The translations under genes were made by a program, and so were the position numbers. Under the pieces are notes generated by a model. It was not told where the DNA came from, did not search any database, and was given only the letters and a program-made list of their open reading frames with translations. Below are positions 61,621 through 64,000 of a stretch of 64,000 bases of DNA, one piece after another. How positions within the stretch are numbered: position 1 is the first letter of the stretch; every line of letters begins with the position of its first letter. Origin of the DNA: Carcharhinus longimanus (lineage: Eukaryota); contig JASCQW010000001.1 of assembly GCA_030264375.1 (NCBI GenBank), forward strand, positions 149,623,031 through 149,687,030, written 5' to 3'.

Positions 61621-61874
61621 ACAGGGTGGAATTTTCTACTTGGGTTTTCAGCTTGGCAGCTGGTGACACCGACTCATTTTCTGGGTCAGTCTCATTTAAA
61701 ACTTTTTGTGGAATATAATGTGGCTTCCTACTGCAGGGGAGAGAAGTGAATACTGTACACTACAACCACCAGTGCCTATCGAGTGAGGCGCTGCAGACTC
61801 TGACGTTATCCTAACTTGTTAAATTTCACAGGTTCCTGATCAGGTATCTTTTAGAAATTAAATGTCTTCCTGCC

Positions 61875-62468
61875 CAGTGGTCAGCTCAGTGACAGTATTC
61901 TTGTTTCTGAATCAGAAGGTTGTCAGTTTAAACCTCACTGCAAAGGTTTGAGCATGTAATCCAGACTTCAGTGCAATACTGAGGGAGTGCTGTGTTGTTG
62001 GAGGTGCTGACTTTTGAACACACCATTAGCTGAGGACTTATCTGNNNNNNNNNCCCCCAACCCCCTCCTCAACTGGACATAGAGGGTACGGTTTGCTGAC
62101 CAAGTTAGCCCCAAGACTGGAAGTTCTCACACAAAATCAACAGACTTTTGTATGGTCCGTTTCCCGCTGCTACGATTCCCGTGATGGGAAGGAAAATTCT
62201 GCCCAAAATATTGCAGTTAAAAGAATAGGGTAGCTGCCCCTGGTGTATTGGTCAATATTTATCCCTCAACCAGTAGTACTAAAACAGATAACCTGGTCAT
62301 TATGATATTGTTCTTTGTGGGATCTTGCCTTGCTCTGTGCAAATGAGCTTCCATGTTTCCTACATTGCAACAGTGCCCATATTTCAATAACATTTAATTG
62401 TAAAATGCTTTGAGGTAACTAACGGTTGTGAAAAGCTTTATACAAATGCAAATTTCTTCTTTATTCTT
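61875..62468 (+). mobile_element. Deu-domain SINE (SacSINE1/AmnSINE1-like) with a MITE inserted at ~62083-62204
   Basis: GCTCAGTG..CTGAATCAGAAGGTTG head; CAGTGCAATACTGAGGGAGTGCTG..GGAGGTGCTG; CAATATTTATCCCTCAACC; CAAATGCAAATTTCTTC tail. Confidence 0.78.
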
Positions 62469-64000
62469 TCCAGATGCCGGTTAACTTGGACCTCGAGTTA
62501 CTATGGTAATGATTATGGAAATGTGACAGTTCATGTTGCTCTGTCACTACCGCCCATTTTGAATATGCCTGCCCATATTTGACTGTATCCGTTCATTCAG
62601 ATTCTGCTACCTCTGGTGGAAAATTCCACAGTGGTGGCTGGCAGAATGGGTCCCCAGCTGACTTCTCATCGCTGTCCATTCCAGATTCACTCAGAAGAGG
62701 TAGGTGAGCTATTGAACGTAAGGGCTTTCATACCTGTGTCCAGTATGGGGAACTCAAAACTATCTTCTTACTAAAAGCAGAGACTAATACCAACTCAGCT
62801 ATGTTGATGCACAAGTTTGTAAATTATTTGGTAAATTATATAAGGAGAAGGTTGATGTTATAATTTACTCACAGGTAGAGGTTCCACAATGTAAAAAGGA
62901 AAAGGTTCAGGTGAACCACATTTAGTGTCATCAGACCCTTAACACTGGTTCAAGGGAAGGTAAGAATGTTCATCTTCCAAGGTCAGTGCCATAATCCAGA
63001 ATGACCTTCACAATTGGGTCCACCACCCCTAGTATGTGATCATAATTACATCTCCAATTTTAATCATTAACACCATACTTTGCCAAGTCTACATTTAATC
63101 AATTAACAATTAAAATTACAGCAAATAAAATAAATACATTAAAAGTGTAGGTGCCCTTAATTTTGTGGTGTTTTTATTCTAATTCTTCATGACATTGACA
63201 CTTGTTAGATTTTAGATTTAAATTTCATTGAGTATTAAAACCTGTATTATTTGCATCTGAATTTATTTTTATGGATTTCCCTACTCATTCTGTCCTGAAT
63301 TTGTATCCCACATGATTTAGCCCTGCTCCCTGATGTCACAATCCACCCCGAGCCGAGATCCTGCCTCCGATCTTGTTATTCTATAATTGCCCATTTGGTG
63401 ATGTCCCAACACTGCAGCCTGATTGGCTTTGCCCCTGATTTTTCCAACTATCATGCAGAGAAAGGACATCTTCCTAACAGTCCAGTGAATGCCGTAAAGC
63501 CATGCTTGGCCTGAACCCACGTCCTATCACTTCATAATACTGAGCACTGTACATCAAACATACTGTGCAACCAGATTGTTTTTCAATTGTTTCTCAATTG
63601 GTTAAATTTAATCCTCGGGGAATATAATGACTCCATCTTCGATTTTGTTGTCAAATTTATGTTGCTTGTTCTGCTCTCCATGGGCTATTGCACTGATGAT
63701 GTCCTTAAGTTGAACTTAAGCCACGTTCTTTTGCTTAATCTGTTGATTGCACCTATTTAGACTGAAAGGGATGAAGTGCCATATAAAAACATGGTGCAGA
63801 TTTAGGACTTTGAACTTTTGAACATTGTATTTTAATAACAGACCCAATAGCTGCCTGAATTTGAACAGAAGAAGCAAGATTTATTTTAATGTTCTTACAG
63901 ATCAATATATACAGATCCAGAGTTGTGGCATTTAAGAACTGAACGAGCACCAGGAGGAAGGCAAATAATTACAACATGTGCCATTTAGCCTTGACATTAT

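Noticed and set aside
6800-64000. A second protein-coding gene, CRISPR array or prokaryote-type system
   Set aside because: Remaining ORFs are short, repeat-derived or unassignable; no regular repeat-spacer array was seen and the DNA is vertebrate.

Overview
Vertebrate genomic DNA, almost certainly from a cartilaginous fish (shark). That assignment rests on HE1-type V-SINEs, Deu-domain SINEs, and CR1, Rex1, L2 and Penelope relics. The first ~6.8 kb hold the 3' part of protocadherin-18 (PCDH18) on the + strand: the end of the large ectodomain/TM exon, three cytoplasmic exons with clean GT-AG boundaries, and the 3' UTR. The remaining ~57 kb is a repeat-dense gene desert with nine N-gaps and no other credible protein-coding gene. 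The most unusual object is a ~300-bp minus-strand retroposed element at 33201-33503. It has a U2 snRNA-derived head ending at U2 nt 37, a second internal U2 motif, two tandem hairpin modules, AATAAA plus an A-tail, and a 13-17-bp target-site duplication, so it is a candidate U2-headed SINE or non-autonomous U2-targeting element. Other items of note are a V-SINE with two alternative 3' tails, a near-perfect Penelope-derived hairpin insertion, a minimal hammerhead-like motif, and an exact 32-bp duplication in PCDH18 intron 1. Repeat family names come from recalled consensus sequences, not database searches, and repeat boundaries are approximate.
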